Shown piece after piece: positions 12,125 through 24,566 of a DNA stretch of 64,000 nucleotides; position 1 is the first letter of the stretch, and each line of letters opens with the position of its first letter. This stretch comes from Eledone cirrhosa (lineage: Eukaryota). A program made the position numbers and the translations under genes. The notes beneath the pieces are model-generated. The model searched no databases. It saw only the letters and a program-made list of their open reading frames with translations, and was not told the DNA's origin. Location: the NCBI GenBank assembly GCA_964016885.1, contig OZ024740.1, positions 203,298,001-203,362,000 of the forward strand, given 5' to 3'.

Positions 12125-12352
12125 TGGTGGTGGTGGTGGTGGTGGTGGTGGTGGTAGTGGTGGTGGTGTGGCTTTACAGTGATGTAGTAAAGTTGATATT
12201 TGAAATGACCATGACAAATAACTACTGTTGCTGCTGCTGCTGTCAGTGTTACTGCTGCTGTTGGTGTTGCTGCTGTCACTGTTGTTGTCATACTTGCTCT
12301 TGTAACTATTGTTATACTTGTTCTTGTCGTTGTTGTTGTGCTGGTGGTGGTG
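12125..12352. repeat. Compound trinucleotide tracts (GGT)n/(TGC)n/(TGT)n
   Basis: Low-complexity runs immediately upstream of the lectin start codon. Confidence 0.85.
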
Positions 12353-12489
12353 GCTATCAATCAATAGTGATATTTAATCAATACAAGCCATTATTATGGT
12401 GGTCCTGTGGTACAATACTAACATTGCAACATTGAGTTCAAACCTTACCCACAGCACTGCACTTCTTAACAACAAATAATATAAATTAA

Positions 12490-12930
12490 CCATAACCCAA
12501 ATGTTGATATAACCTATATATTGACCCTATAACCCAAATGTTGATAAAACCCATATATTGACCCTATAACCCAAATGTCAACACTATAACCTAAATGTTG
12601 ATATAACCCAAATATTGATCCTATAATCCAAATGTTGACCCTATAAACCAAATTTTGACCCCATAACACAAATGTTAACACTATAATCCAAATGTTAACA
12701 ATATAACGCAAATATTGACCCTCTAAGCCATATGTTAACACTATACCCTAAATGTTGACCTTATAACCCATATGTTACATTATAACCCAAATGTTACCCT
12801 ATAACCCATATGTTACATTATAACCCAAATGTTACCCTATAACCCATATATTAACATTATAACCCAAATGTTACCCTATAACCCATATATTAACATTATA
12901 ACCCAAATGTTACCCTATAACCCATATATT
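12490..12930. repeat. ~19-20 bp degenerate minisatellite (ATAACCCAAATGTTGACC-like)
   Basis: Tandem recurrence of TAACCCAAATGTT. Confidence 0.85.
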
Positions 12931-13039
12931 AACTGTCTTCAATTTTCTCTGCTTTGACCATCAACTGGACTCTCAGATGGGCAACAGAAGATAGGGGGAT
13001 TAACTGGCTTGAGGAACAGAAGCTCTCAGGCCTTGATTG

Positions 13040-13830
13040 TCCAGATGGTATTGTGGCCAAAGCCAAAAATACATCTGACTTGCAGTAACTGATAAATGAG
13101 TTATGGTCATCTGCAGCCAGTATTGGTCTCCACATCACTGCCAAAAAGTTCAAGAACATGTTAGTTGGTATTCATCCATCACGAACAAACGTCTGCATCA
13201 ATCAGTAGGATGTGAAGGTTGTGGATGATTTCACCTATCTCGGATTCGGAAGTTCTATCAACAGAAATGAGGACAAGACAAAAGAAATGAATTGCCTAGG
13301 CAAAGCTTTGGCTACCTTCAAACAACTCAACAAGATCTGGAGAAGAAAATAACTTTTGCTTGGTACCAAGATGAGATTCCACAAAAGCAATGTTCCTTTA
13401 ATGTTCCTGTATGGGTGTGAAACATGAAGTGCAAAGACCAACAAAGAGAACCAATTAGATGCTTTTGACACCAAATGCCTATGCAGAATTCTTGGCATCA
13501 GGTGGGCTGACTTCATCTCTAACAATGAAGTCTATCAACAAACCCACCAACATGTGTCTAACATCATGTACAAGTGTCAAATTGGCTGGCTGGGACACAT
13601 ATCCCAAGTGAGAGACATGCTAATCAAGTCTTGTATTGGTATCCCGACAGAAAGATGTAAAGAGGACATTTCAAGATGAACTGGCAGCAAACAATCAACA
13701 GGGACCTGAAACCTGTCAACAAAAGCTGGAACGATGTATTAATAGATACAATTGACCATGATCATAGGATCACTTTGGCTGCTTCATGCGTCCCAAGATG
13801 TGGGAGCTTCTAAGCTAAGTTAAGCTAAGC
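13040..13830 (+). mobile_element. RTE (BovB-like) LINE 3' fragment, decayed
   Basis: Manual translation VVDDFTYLG...FLYGCET*...LDAFDTKCLCRILGIRW; short TAAGC-repeat tail at ~13811-13830. Confidence 0.75.
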
Positions 13831-13879
13831 ATGATGATGTTGTGATCTCCCCCTATAACCTAAGAGGAATTATGTGTCT

Positions 13880-14200
13880 GACAATCATGAATGTTGTTCC
13901 TCCATCAGTTCCTATAAATCAATTTGGGAGAGATGCCCAGCTGGGTGTTTCCAACTCCATAGTCTCCACTTTGCTTTCTGGAAGATGGTATTCCCATTTA
14001 GGAGATTATGTTGATGAAGGAACTGTTCTAGAAGTATACCGTTTCTGTTAGTGGTCTGGTGTTATGAAAATTTGCCTCTAATTTGCATGTTGAAATCTCC
14101 TCCAATAATTAGCATGGCATGTACTTCAGAAACAATGGCACTCTGTTGAATAATCCCTCTGGTGAAACACGTGTCCTCAAATATGGTTGACTAATTTGTT
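13880..14200 (-). mobile_element. LINE APE endonuclease fragment
   Basis: Minus translation LIIGGDFN...NRNG...NTIFQK...WSWKHP...SQID. Confidence 0.7.
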
Positions 14201-14784
14201 TTGGAAGTAACTATATACGTAACATGGTTGGTGTTAGGAAGGGCATCCAGCCATAGAAAACCTGCCAGACAGTCCTATATGAGCAAGACAACCAATCTTG
14301 CCTCAAGTGGGACAATTCCTGTGTAAACCCATGCTAGCGTGGAAGATAGACGTTAAACGATGATGATGATGATGATATGTCTGTATGCATTTGGGCGTCT
14401 GTGTGTATGTGTGTGTGTTGTGTGTGTGAATGTGGAGGCATGTGGAAAGAGTGTTGGACTTATTATCATGTCATGAGTTTAAATTCCTGGACTGGATTGT
14501 GTGTTGTGTTCTTGAGCAAAACACTTCATTTCATGCTGCTTCAATATGCTCAGCTGAAAATGAATTCCAGCAATAGCTGAGGGTTTAACCCTGTAATGGA
14601 CTGGCATCCTGTCCAGGTGAAAGTCTTGTACTTTCAATTGCTTCATGCCATGGATACCAGGATAAACACCGGCCTGATGATCCTCCAGGCTTGAGACAGA
14701 CTTTAGATGGATAGGTAGATAGATAGATGGATGGATGGATGGATGGATGTATGGATGGATGTATGTATGTATGTATGCAACCCT

Positions 14785-15118
14785 GATGGTATCCAATGAT
14801 GTTGACTTGTTCTTCTTTTTGGTAAATATCATCTTGGTTAAGAGAGTGGGACTGGCTTTGTGCAGTGCCTTTGCTCACTATAAAAGCTTCACGGCACAGG
14901 CATTGCTTTATATCTGGAGATCTCTCTGCCCTTGTCGTCACATGGAACCATGGGCCCAGCACTATGTGTCAATAATTGTCGCAAGTGTAGTGTTTGTACC
15001 AGAGTTTTCAAGTCGCTGGCTGGACTAAAAGGTCACACTCGTTCAGTGCATCGGTAGGGGTTCTCCTACATGGATATAAAGTAGTGGCCGTACTCAAAAA
15101 CGAGTTGGCAGCCACCAT
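14785..15118 (+). mobile_element. LINE 3' end with C2H2-like finger
   Basis: CSVCTRVFKSLAGLKGHTRSVHR* followed by a short 3' UTR and simple-repeat tail. Confidence 0.55.
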
Positions 15119-16739
15119 GTATATATGTATGTATATATGTATGGATGGATGGATGGATGGATGGATTATATATGTAACATGTATATGCAAGCGTGGAAGA
15201 TGGACGTTAAACGATGATGATGATGATGTTTGCATGTGTATATGATAGAGATGTTTATTTTGTCCACCAGATTATGTTGAGAATCAAAACCAGATTATAT
15301 AACTAAGATAAGAACTGTTGACAGAGAACAGGTGACAGCAAAGTCAACATAACTTCATTTCCTTTAAACAAAGGAGCCTTAATTATATACATGATTAATT
15401 GTCAGTGAAAGTGGATTAATTAGTATGTAAATCAGTAATTGTTTTATAACAGAAGAGAAAAGGAGAACTTATCCTTTCCTTGGCTCTTGGATGCTTTTAA
15501 CTCGTTTGATACCAAACCACATGAAACTGTCATTGGTTCTATGATTATATCTATCTAAAAACCTACTATAATTTGATATAAGAACCTTTGTTAAGTTATG
15601 CTCAAAATATCAGCTTAATAATAAGAAAGTTATGTTACTAAGAGTTAACTGAATCTACTCTGTTACAAATATTATGTCTCAGGTTATGTCTCTGGTTTGA
15701 GGATACCTCCCACCCTCCATCCTACTAGTTAGAGTGTTCCTGAAAAGTGTCATGGGAACTTCCTTTCACTCCCTGACTAAGCAGTAACCCAACCCACTGG
15801 GTTCTTGCAACAGAATAGACTCTGTTGAAGGCATCCAATAGCTAGATGGAGATATTAATTTTTATTTTTTACTTCTGTTCTGTATTCTACTGCACTTTCT
15901 TGGTCAGTTTCAACTTTGTCACCAGCCACAATCCCACTGTCTGTAATAGAGAGGAGTGGAAAATATCCAAGTATATGGGCTAGGGATTTGGCCAACCCCT
16001 TTCCTTTTCATGCCAGTTGCCAACAAGACCTGCAATGTTCTCAGTCCCTTGATTGTTGTTTTCTTCCACAAAATAGGGATGAGTGCATCACATCTGAGAA
16101 AGGAGCCCCATGAATTGGAATGTCTGATGCAATGAGTGTTACTGGTTGTTCCTCCATGACAAAACTTTCACTATCTTGTCTGTGGAGCACAACTGAAATA
16201 TATCAACCAACCAAGACTGTAGAGACAATAGATTTCACCCCTTCCTTCCTCTTTCCCATTTTTTTTCATTATTTAATTTATTTATCCCTTTTTCTCTCTG
16301 CCAGTTAAATATTTTTTAAACATTTATTTTAAAATACTTTCATCATTGTATACTTCTGTTCAACAATAAATTCTTCTTTCATTCTTTTCAGATTCTTTTT
16401 CTAAGAAAAGGTGCTAGTAACTCAATTGAAGCAAATTGGCAGCAGCATTAGATTGTCAGGTAATAAGGTTTGAGAAGACACACACTCTGACTAAGAATAT
16501 GACAACCATTCTAGTTGTAGTGCCATGATAAAATGCATCCTGTCCACTCTGTAAAATTATAGTCCTGGTACCATGATATGCCATAATACAAAAAACTGGC
16601 CCACCAGTACAAACAGCGCAACATTAAAAATAAACGTGATTAGAGACCGGAGGCTCCAGTGTTTAACAAACAAACAGAGACAATATAGGGTTTGAGATGA
16701 CTCTTCAGTCTGACTAAACATATGACAGCCTCTCTAGCT

Positions 16740-17095
16740 TTGGTACTATGATAAAATACACCCAGTAAACCCTGTAAAGTGTTAGTGTTGGTGTCACCAT
16801 AAAATGCACCCAATAAACACTGTGCACTATTAGTGTTGGTGCCATGATAAAATGCACCCAGTATGCCCTATAAAGTGTTAGTGTTGGTTCCATGATAAAA
16901 TGCACCCAGTATACCCTATAAAGTGTTAGTGTTGGTGCCACGATAAAATGCACCCAGTACGCTCTATAAAGTGTTAGTGTTGGTGCAATGATAAAAAGCA
17001 CCCAATACACATTGTGAACTGGTAGTGCTGGTGTCATGATAAAATGCACTCAATACACTCTATAAGATGGTTGGTATTAGGAACAGCATTCAGCC
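16740..17095 (+). repeat. 48-bp tandem repeat derived from the RTE 5' module
   Basis: Units TAAAATGCACCCAGTA..CTGTAAAGTG..GTGTTGGTGCCATGA run into GGTTGGTATTAGGAACAGCATTCAGCC, a variant of AGGAAGGGCATCCAGCC. Confidence 0.7.
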
Positions 17096-17800
17096 ATGCC
17101 AAATATGGAATGTATGAGCAAGATTATGTTGGGCATTTAAACCTGGCAGAGCCTATTGCTCTCCAGATTTGATCACAGTCAAATTCTTCCAAAGAGAAAG
17201 AGAGGAGAGGGAGGTGAAGTGAGAAAGAAATATAGAGGAAGAACCAGCCCCAGTACTGGATTGGTACTTTTTTTATCAACCTCAATAGGACAAAAGGCAA
17301 AGTTGACCTCAGCAGGATTTGAACTCAGAGCACAGAAAGCTGGAACAAGCACTGTTCTATCCAACATTCTAATTACTAGTAATTTGTCACCTTATCAACC
17401 ATGTACCATTATGTAAATGAGATGTTAACTCAGGTAACAAGTTTATCACCCAAGTAGGCCACAGTGTGATTTGAACTCATAACACAATGAACTAGAATAA
17501 ATACCACAAGGTATTTCAATCGACACTCTAAATATTCCACAAATCCCTCACCCTCAACTTGTGTGGACTGGAATGGACTGGTACGTCATTTTATTGATCC
17601 CAAAAAACAATTGATTAATACTTGGTTCATTGTGTACCAAATATTAATCCCATCTCCAGCTGTGTTCATATTTACACATGTACACACACACACACACACA
17701 CATATATATACATATATTATATATATAAATATATATACACATATATATATATATATGTATATCTATATATACACACACACACATATATATATATATATTC

Positions 17801-17833
<33 letters not shown>

Positions 17834-17962
17834 CTGCCTTTTTCCCTTACACACCAAGTTTAATCAACTGACACATTCTCACTATAATCAAACCAATCAA
17901 TAAACTGTCCTCATATCTAATGTGATATCTCACACAACATAGTGGTCATAACAACAAGAGCC

Positions 17963-19029
17963 TTAACCCTTTAGCATTTAAGTCAGCTATTTCTAGCCAG
18001 AATTCTCTCACCTCTTTCTATTCAAACCAGCCATAAATGGCGACTCATACAGATGTTAATGTATTGTCCTCAAAATGAATAATATCAAAATCTCATAGAT
18101 ATATATTATGTGAGATAAAGCCTTTACCATGAAAATACAATAGTATATATAGAGTAATGTAAATGCCAAAGGATTAATGAACTAATGAATGAACCTTTAT
18201 GTTGTCGCCTGATATGTTAGAAATAGCAGCAAAATTTTATCTAATGTGATATCGCAGGGAACTGATATGTTCATCTGTAACAGCCAATTTCAAAAAGAAG
18301 AGAATAAATTCATTATGTAGACATCGGACAAGTCATCGTCAATTGATGGTACATGTACGAAATAGGAGGAACTTTCATGTTAACCCTTTAGCATTTACAT
18401 TACTCTATATATACTATTATATTTTCATGCTGATGGCTTTTCCTCACATAATTATCTCACATAATATCGAATCTATGAGATTTTGATATTATTTATTTTA
18501 AGAACAATACCTTAACATCAGTATGAGCAGCTGGTTTACAGCCAGTTTGAACAGAAAGAGGTGAGAGAACTCTAGCCAGATATGGCCAGTTTAAATGCTA
18601 AAGGGTTAAGGTAATCCTGGGCAGGGAAGGTTGTTACACAGCAACATCTGGCTGCTTGTAAACTGAAAGGTGGTAGGAGGGCTCAATGGAAGAAATATCA
18701 ACAAAGTTTCAATGTGTGGAAGTTGAAATAAGAAACAGTGAAGTAGCTCCAAGAGAGAAACTGAATATGTTACGATATGACACAAATGAATTTGAAAATG
18801 CTTGGAAGTCTTTAAAAGATGGTTTAACCCTTTAGCATTTAAATCAGCTGTATCTGACCAGAATTCTCTCACCTCTTTCTTTTCAAACTAGCGACTTATA
18901 CTAATGTTAAGGTGTTGTTCTCAAAATAAATAATATTAAAATCTCATAGATTGGCTATTATGTGAGATAAAGTCTTTAGTGTGAAAATACAATAGTATAT
19001 ATAGAGTAATGTAAATGCTAAAGGGTTAA
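17963..19029. mobile_element. Three piggyBac-type MITEs (17963-18177, 18380-18609 inverted, 18824-19029)
   Basis: TTAA|CCCTTTAGCATTT...AAATGCTAAAGGG|TTAA termini and shared ~200-bp internal sequence. Confidence 0.75.
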
Positions 19030-19985
19030 GATTTGTTGGGTATGTGTGTAGATGAACAAAAGGACAACTAAGACACTTGGAAATATAGTGGTAAGATGAA
19101 GTTTGGAAGAAGATCGATGAGAAAACAAAAAGATTCAAAAAAATGTCAGAGAGCAAGGGATGAGTTAATATAAGGGGCAGCTCATCAGAGCTACAAAGCA
19201 GACAAAGGGGCTGCAAAGAAAGAAGTACCAAGAGCAGAAAGGTACATAGAAGAATGTTTAGAGAGCATATGGATTAAGAGCAGAGTCAGAGAGAGGTGTT
19301 TAGGATTTCAAGACAGTTAATAAGAGAGAAATGTGATATAAGAGAGGTGAACTGCTTGAAGGGGGAAGTGAGAGAAATTGTTGTAGACTAGGATGGAATT
19401 AAGAAAGTGTGAAAGAGATATATGGAGAGATTTGTTGAATGTGGAGAATGTTTGGGGTGGCAATATAGAGAGCAATCCAGTTCTTAGACAAGCAGAGAAG
19501 ATAGTCAAGCAAGCATTGAGAAAGCTAAAGAAGCATTGGTAGGGCTGACAGGAGTTGGGGGACATATATTAAATACAGCAGGAAGTTAGAGTGTGAAGAA
19601 GATGACAGATTTGTAGATTGGTGGTAAAATAAGACCATATTCCTGTGAAGCGGAAAGGCGAACTTCTAAACTGTGTGTTATATAGAGCAACTAAGCTATT
19701 GGAACATGGAATGAAGGTATTGGAAATAGTGTTAGAGAATAGTGTTAGTGAAGACTTATATAAAATGCAGTTGGATTTCTACTACAAAAAGATATGCCTA
19801 ATGCAATGTTTATTTTGATGCCGTTGCAGAAGTACAGGAACAAGAAGATGAATTTCTTTTGGGGGATTTTGTTGATCTGAAGAAAGTTTTCGATGGGGTT
19901 TTATGTGAAGAAGTGACATAGGCATTGAGAAAGTTAGGAGTGGAGGAATGGTGTATTAGTGTAGTGATTACATTGCATGAGAAGT
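19030..19985 (+). mobile_element. Heavily decayed RTE LINE ORF2 fragment
   Basis: Recognisable FVDLKKVFD..., ALRKLGVEEW and KLLEHGMKV segments homologous to the intronic RTE. Confidence 0.65.
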
Positions 19986-19989
19986 GTCC

Positions 19990-20700
19990 GATTTATCTGC
20001 CACATCCAAGCCAACTGAAGTTTTGTCTTGAAGACTAGCAATGGGAAGACCATCAGACTGTGCTGTCTTTATAGTGAAATCCCTCAAAGCTTGGTGCTAT
20101 CCTCCATGCTCTTCAACTTGTACATTAGTAGTATCATACCACAAGCATCATCAAAACAGTATGCTACGCAGATAATCTTGTTCTTCTCCCCTCCAATAGA
20201 ATCTGGACCAATGTAGAGTGCATTTTTACAACAGATATGATCCCACTGGCAATATATTTCAAGACCTGGAGATTGAAGCTGAGCATAGCAAAGATGATTA
20301 CAATGGCATTCCACCTGAATACCAAGAAGGCCAATCACCAACTCATTATTAACTTCAATGACACACCCCTCTCATATAATGCCACACCAACCTATCTCAA
20401 AGTGAAATTAAATCAACAGCTGACCTACAGACAGCACCTCAAGTCCTTACATACAAAGGTGCCTGTGAGGAATAACCTTCTATGTGACTTCGCAGGTTCA
20501 TCATTGAGTGCTAGCACATCCACCCTACACACCAGTACCTTAGCCTTGGTCTACAGTGCTGCAGAGTGAGCCTCCCCTGCATGGTGCAGGAGTTCCCACA
20601 CTAAGAAACTAGATACAGCCCTGAATGACACCTTAAGGCCTCACCAGATGTCTCCACCCTACATAAATTAAGTTACTGCCTGAATCTCCCCCCACTTGAG
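19990..20700 (+). mobile_element. Non-LTR retrotransposon RT C-terminal fragment (I-group, probably Vingi/Ingi-like)
   Basis: PQSLVLSSMLFNLY, YFKTWRLKLS, PTYL, STLHTSTLALVYSAAE*; clade assignment is from memory of motifs, not a search. Confidence 0.6.
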
Positions 20701-22450
20701 AATATGGACCTCACACACCCTAATCCCACCACTATGAGCTGGTTACAATACCTAAGGGACATCACATAATTGCAGCTGTCTTATATGCAAAAGAAGAAGT
20801 CTCAGGGGACCTGTGATAGTGAAGGAGACTGTCTCTTCCTTCAGACCAGCCAAGTAAAAAAACAATATATGATCACCATTAAGACCTTAGAATGGCTAGA
20901 GACCTAATTAAATGGCCAATTGATTGTGAATGGTAGTAATTCAATAGTAACCCTTATAATATCAGGAATACCCCAGGGTCCTGTGCTAGGGCCCATGGGG
21001 ATAATGATGATGATATATATATGTGTGTTTGTGTGTGTGTTTGCATGTGTATCATCATCATCACCATTTAACGTTCATCTTCCATGCTAACATGGGTTAG
21101 ACGGGTTTGTCCCACTTGAGGCAAGATTGGTCGGGTGACCGTGTCTTGCTCGTATAGAACTGTTTCTGGCTGGTTTTCTATGGCTGGATGCCCTTCCTAA
21201 CACCAACCACATTTACAAAGTGAATTGGGAGATTTTTTACCATGTCTCCTAAATAACCACTTTACAGTGTGGACTGGGTGCTTTTTATCATGACACCTAC
21301 ATGATCACTTTACAATGTGGACTGGATGTTCTGTCGTACCAACATAACTTTACAGAGAAAGCACTATTAAAGCAAGTGTTAAACCTGCAGGCCTCATGAT
21401 AAGCTTCAAACTCATGAGGGAGTTCTTTTCAGAGCAAAGTTTTGCAACCTCATGCCAACACTTTTAATCAGTTCTTATGACATGTGAGGATACTGGTGTA
21501 CCTATTTTGAATTGGATATATACAGAAATTTGATTCAGAATATAGCAAATGAAATTCAATACCTTCAAATGTTGATTAACTCGATTTAAACCTAAATATA
21601 GGTTTTCCTAATAAGATCACTTGCTTACCCAGTGGAGTGGAACTCGTCAAATCAGACCAAGGAAACAATGTTCCCATTGGTCTTTCCTTTGCTGATACTA
21701 TCTACCAGTCGCAACTCTTGGCAGAAAGAGCAATATGAAATAAAATGCCTTGCTCAAGAACAAAATGCATTGCCTGATCTGGGAATCGAATGCACAACCT
21801 AAATATTGCAAATCCAATTCTCTAACCACTAATGTTTGTACCTTCACAGGTGTTATATTATATTCAGAGTTAGTTAAATCTGAATATAATATAACTACCT
21901 ATATTGACTCAATATTGACCTAAACAGAGTTAGTCAGCACTGAACATAACAACCCTTACCAACTCAGTGATATAGACCTAAACAAAGTCATTTTTAATAT
22001 ATTCGTGTCATCCTTACTCACATCCAAAGATTTGTTTTATATATTACCACAACAATAAAATATGATACAATATGATGCAGCTCCTTCGTAAAACCTCAAC
22101 TAAATTCAAGATATTGATAGAGAAAACCATTTGTAGACCCATTGTGGAATATGCTGTGGTGCACAAACATATTTTGTTAAAGAAAATATTCAATTTTCCA
22201 CGAATTTTTGAACCTATATATAAATTTTAATAAGATAAATGAAACAAAAATTGTTTTAGAAAAATATGTTTCATCCAGCCAAGAATGTAGAGGTTATACC
22301 TTCCCCATTTTCACTCCATCTTTTTTTCTATCTTTGCCCCCTTTTTTTCTTTTCTGTTTGTAATATATACAATTGAATATGCTATTACATGGGACAATGC
22401 TGCAAGGCTTACCTCGAAAATTACTAGAAGGAAACTCCAGCGCCTGTTCT

Positions 22451-22737
22451 CAGGGATGGATTTAATGGGGGACAAAGGGGACAATTGCCGTTGGGGTCAA
22501 CACCAGCGACGGTCGTAGCAATTTATTTGTGCCCTCGGCTGAGCTTTTTAGTTTTAAGATTTTTTAATTTGATACCTGTATATATAACTTTTCAATTCCA
22601 ATTACTTGCAACAAGCTAACTTTGATATGTAAAATTAGGGGTTTGCTGTGTATTTTAATTTGCCCTCCTAAAAACCTGAAGAGCTCCCCACACACACACC
22701 CCCCCCCCCCCCCCCCCAAGGTATAAATCCAACCCTG
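22451..22737. mobile_element. hAT-like MITE upstream of TRAX
   Basis: TIR CAGGGATGGATTTA versus TAAATCCAACCCTG (13/14); no clean TSD. Confidence 0.6.
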
Positions 22738-22874
22738 TCCCTTGTGGTGTGTGATTGAGTGTCCGTATCTTTTTCCACCTCTTTTATATCATATATAAAC
22801 TATTTGTTTAATATTTTTTTATTCATTGTATATGTATATAAAAATTATCACTATAATAAATGTTTATTATATTT

Positions 22875-22999
22875 TACGATCTGAGTTCAAATCCCGCCGA
22901 GGTTGACTTTGCCTTTCATCCTTACGGGGTCGATAAAATAAAGTACCAGTAATGCACTGGATAATTTGCTGGCCTTGTGCCTAAAGTAGAAACAATTAT
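22875..22999 (+). mobile_element. 5'-truncated tRNA-derived SINE
   Basis: B-box GAGTTCAAATCC, family core and tail ...GTAGAAACAATTAT. Confidence 0.85.
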
Positions 23000-23237
23000 A
23001 TTTTATTAAAATGTACCTATACTGGCTAAACCCTTGTATTTGCTCACAACAACAAAAAAATGTTTCCCCTTAGAACTAATTTTGAGTAAATCTGCGGTAG
23101 GGTATCCCATATATGAATGAAATTTGTTAAAGAAGATGTTCAGGGGCAATAACTCCGTCAATCCTATTATAAGGTAACATAATTGTTTCTACTTTTGGCA
23201 CAAGGCAAGTAATTACCCAGTGCATTACGGCAACATA

Positions 23238-23790
23238 ATGGCAGCTAATCTGCCCGTGGTGAGTTTAAAGGAATCAAACGAGAAAAGTAGCAACTCCACG
23301 CCAGAATCTGCTCCAACAACCGACATCGATTCGGAATTACTGGAACATTTTTTAAATTATCAAAAGAAAATCGATGGCAGACACGACAAATATGAACGAA
23401 TTGTGAAGCTTGGTAGAGACATCACTATTCAGAGCAAGAGAATTATATTTCTTCTTCACCGAAATTCATCTGGTGACAAAGAAGATATTCTCGAACATAC
23501 TGACACCAAATTTAAGGAACTCTTGCGCACAAAATTCCTTCTTCTCGCCAAAGAGTTGGAATCCGAAGATCCTTACCAATATATCAAAGCCTACACTTTT
23601 GGCGTCCAAGAGTTTATCGAAGCTGTTTCATTTTACTACTATATGAAAGAAAATAGACTTGTAACTCTCGATGAAATACAAACAATGTTAAACTTTAAAA
23701 ACCTCCAGAATCCACCACAAGAACTCCCGAAGACAGGAGATTGTGAAAATGAACTTATCGTATACGTCAGGCCGGTTGATTTTTTATTAG
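23238..23790 (+). CDS. TSNAX: Translin-associated factor X (TRAX), coding exon 1
   Basis: ATG at 23238; HDKYERIVKLGRDITIQSKRIIFLLHR, GVQEFIEAVSF and PVDFLLG are TRAX signatures; donor TAG|GTATTT at 23791, phase 1. Confidence 0.93.
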
Positions 23791-24319
23791 GTATTTCTTA
23801 TAATTAAGTAATTAATATTATTATTTTAATTGGTTTCATTTACAATAGATCTCTTTCGAAGAAAATAAAAATATTCTGTCCGATTCACCTGAATCATTTC
23901 CTATGCTCTATTCATAGAATAAAATGGACCTCCGTCGGTTTCGACGATAAGCGTTCCAGTTTTATCGACCGAACAATCTGCTCGAGAAATTAACGTGTAA
24001 GTTAATAACGTATGCATCGCATAAGATATTTTCGTTTTCTTATTTCGAGATCTACTGTCAATAATACCTGGATGAATTGCGTTATAAAATAAGGTGGATC
24101 AGAATATTTGTACATAAATTAGGATTCCGCTAGAGGTAGTGTATTGATTTAAACATGTAAAACAATGGAAGGTAAACATTGAGAAGACGGTGTAATAAAT
24201 AAAATGAAACCAACAAAAGTAAGGAATGTAAACTGAAATATCGAAAGGAATAAGTTTCTTTTTGTATATAATCGTGGATTTTCTTTAAACCCTGCCCCCA
24301 CTACTTATGCTTATATATA

Positions 24320-24466
24320 CCGTATTTACCGGCTCGGAGACGCTACTTTTTTCCTAAAACAAGTCTCAAAAATCTACCATGCGTCCTGGAGGCCGAAGGT
24401 TGTTTATTTTTTTTCAAGTTTTTGGTTGTCAAAATTAGGGTGCGTCCTCGGCGCCGGGAAATACGG
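24320..24466. mobile_element. Tc1/mariner-superfamily (pogo/Tc2-like) MITE in TRAX intron
   Basis: TIR CCGTATTTACCGGC / GCCGGGAAATACGG with TA duplications on both sides. Confidence 0.8.
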
Positions 24467-24566
24467 TAAGTATATTAGAATAAAGGCCGGACGGGCTTTC
24501 CTACTATTACATCATAGTTAACATCACGGAATGACTAATTCTACCCAGTAGGGAACCACCAAACTT

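Noticed and set aside
12061-12435. Cys-rich, His-rich or Pro-rich ORFs
   Set aside because: Products of trinucleotide repeats; only the 12065-12116 signal-peptide exon has splice support
16040-16195. Possible minus-strand exon after a TTTCAG acceptor
   Set aside because: No convincing donor, the frame ends in a stop, no recognisable homology
23791-23807. Single-exon truncated TRAX (195 aa ORF) as a pseudogene
   Set aside because: The ORF runs into an intron; splicing to 28899 restores the full conserved protein
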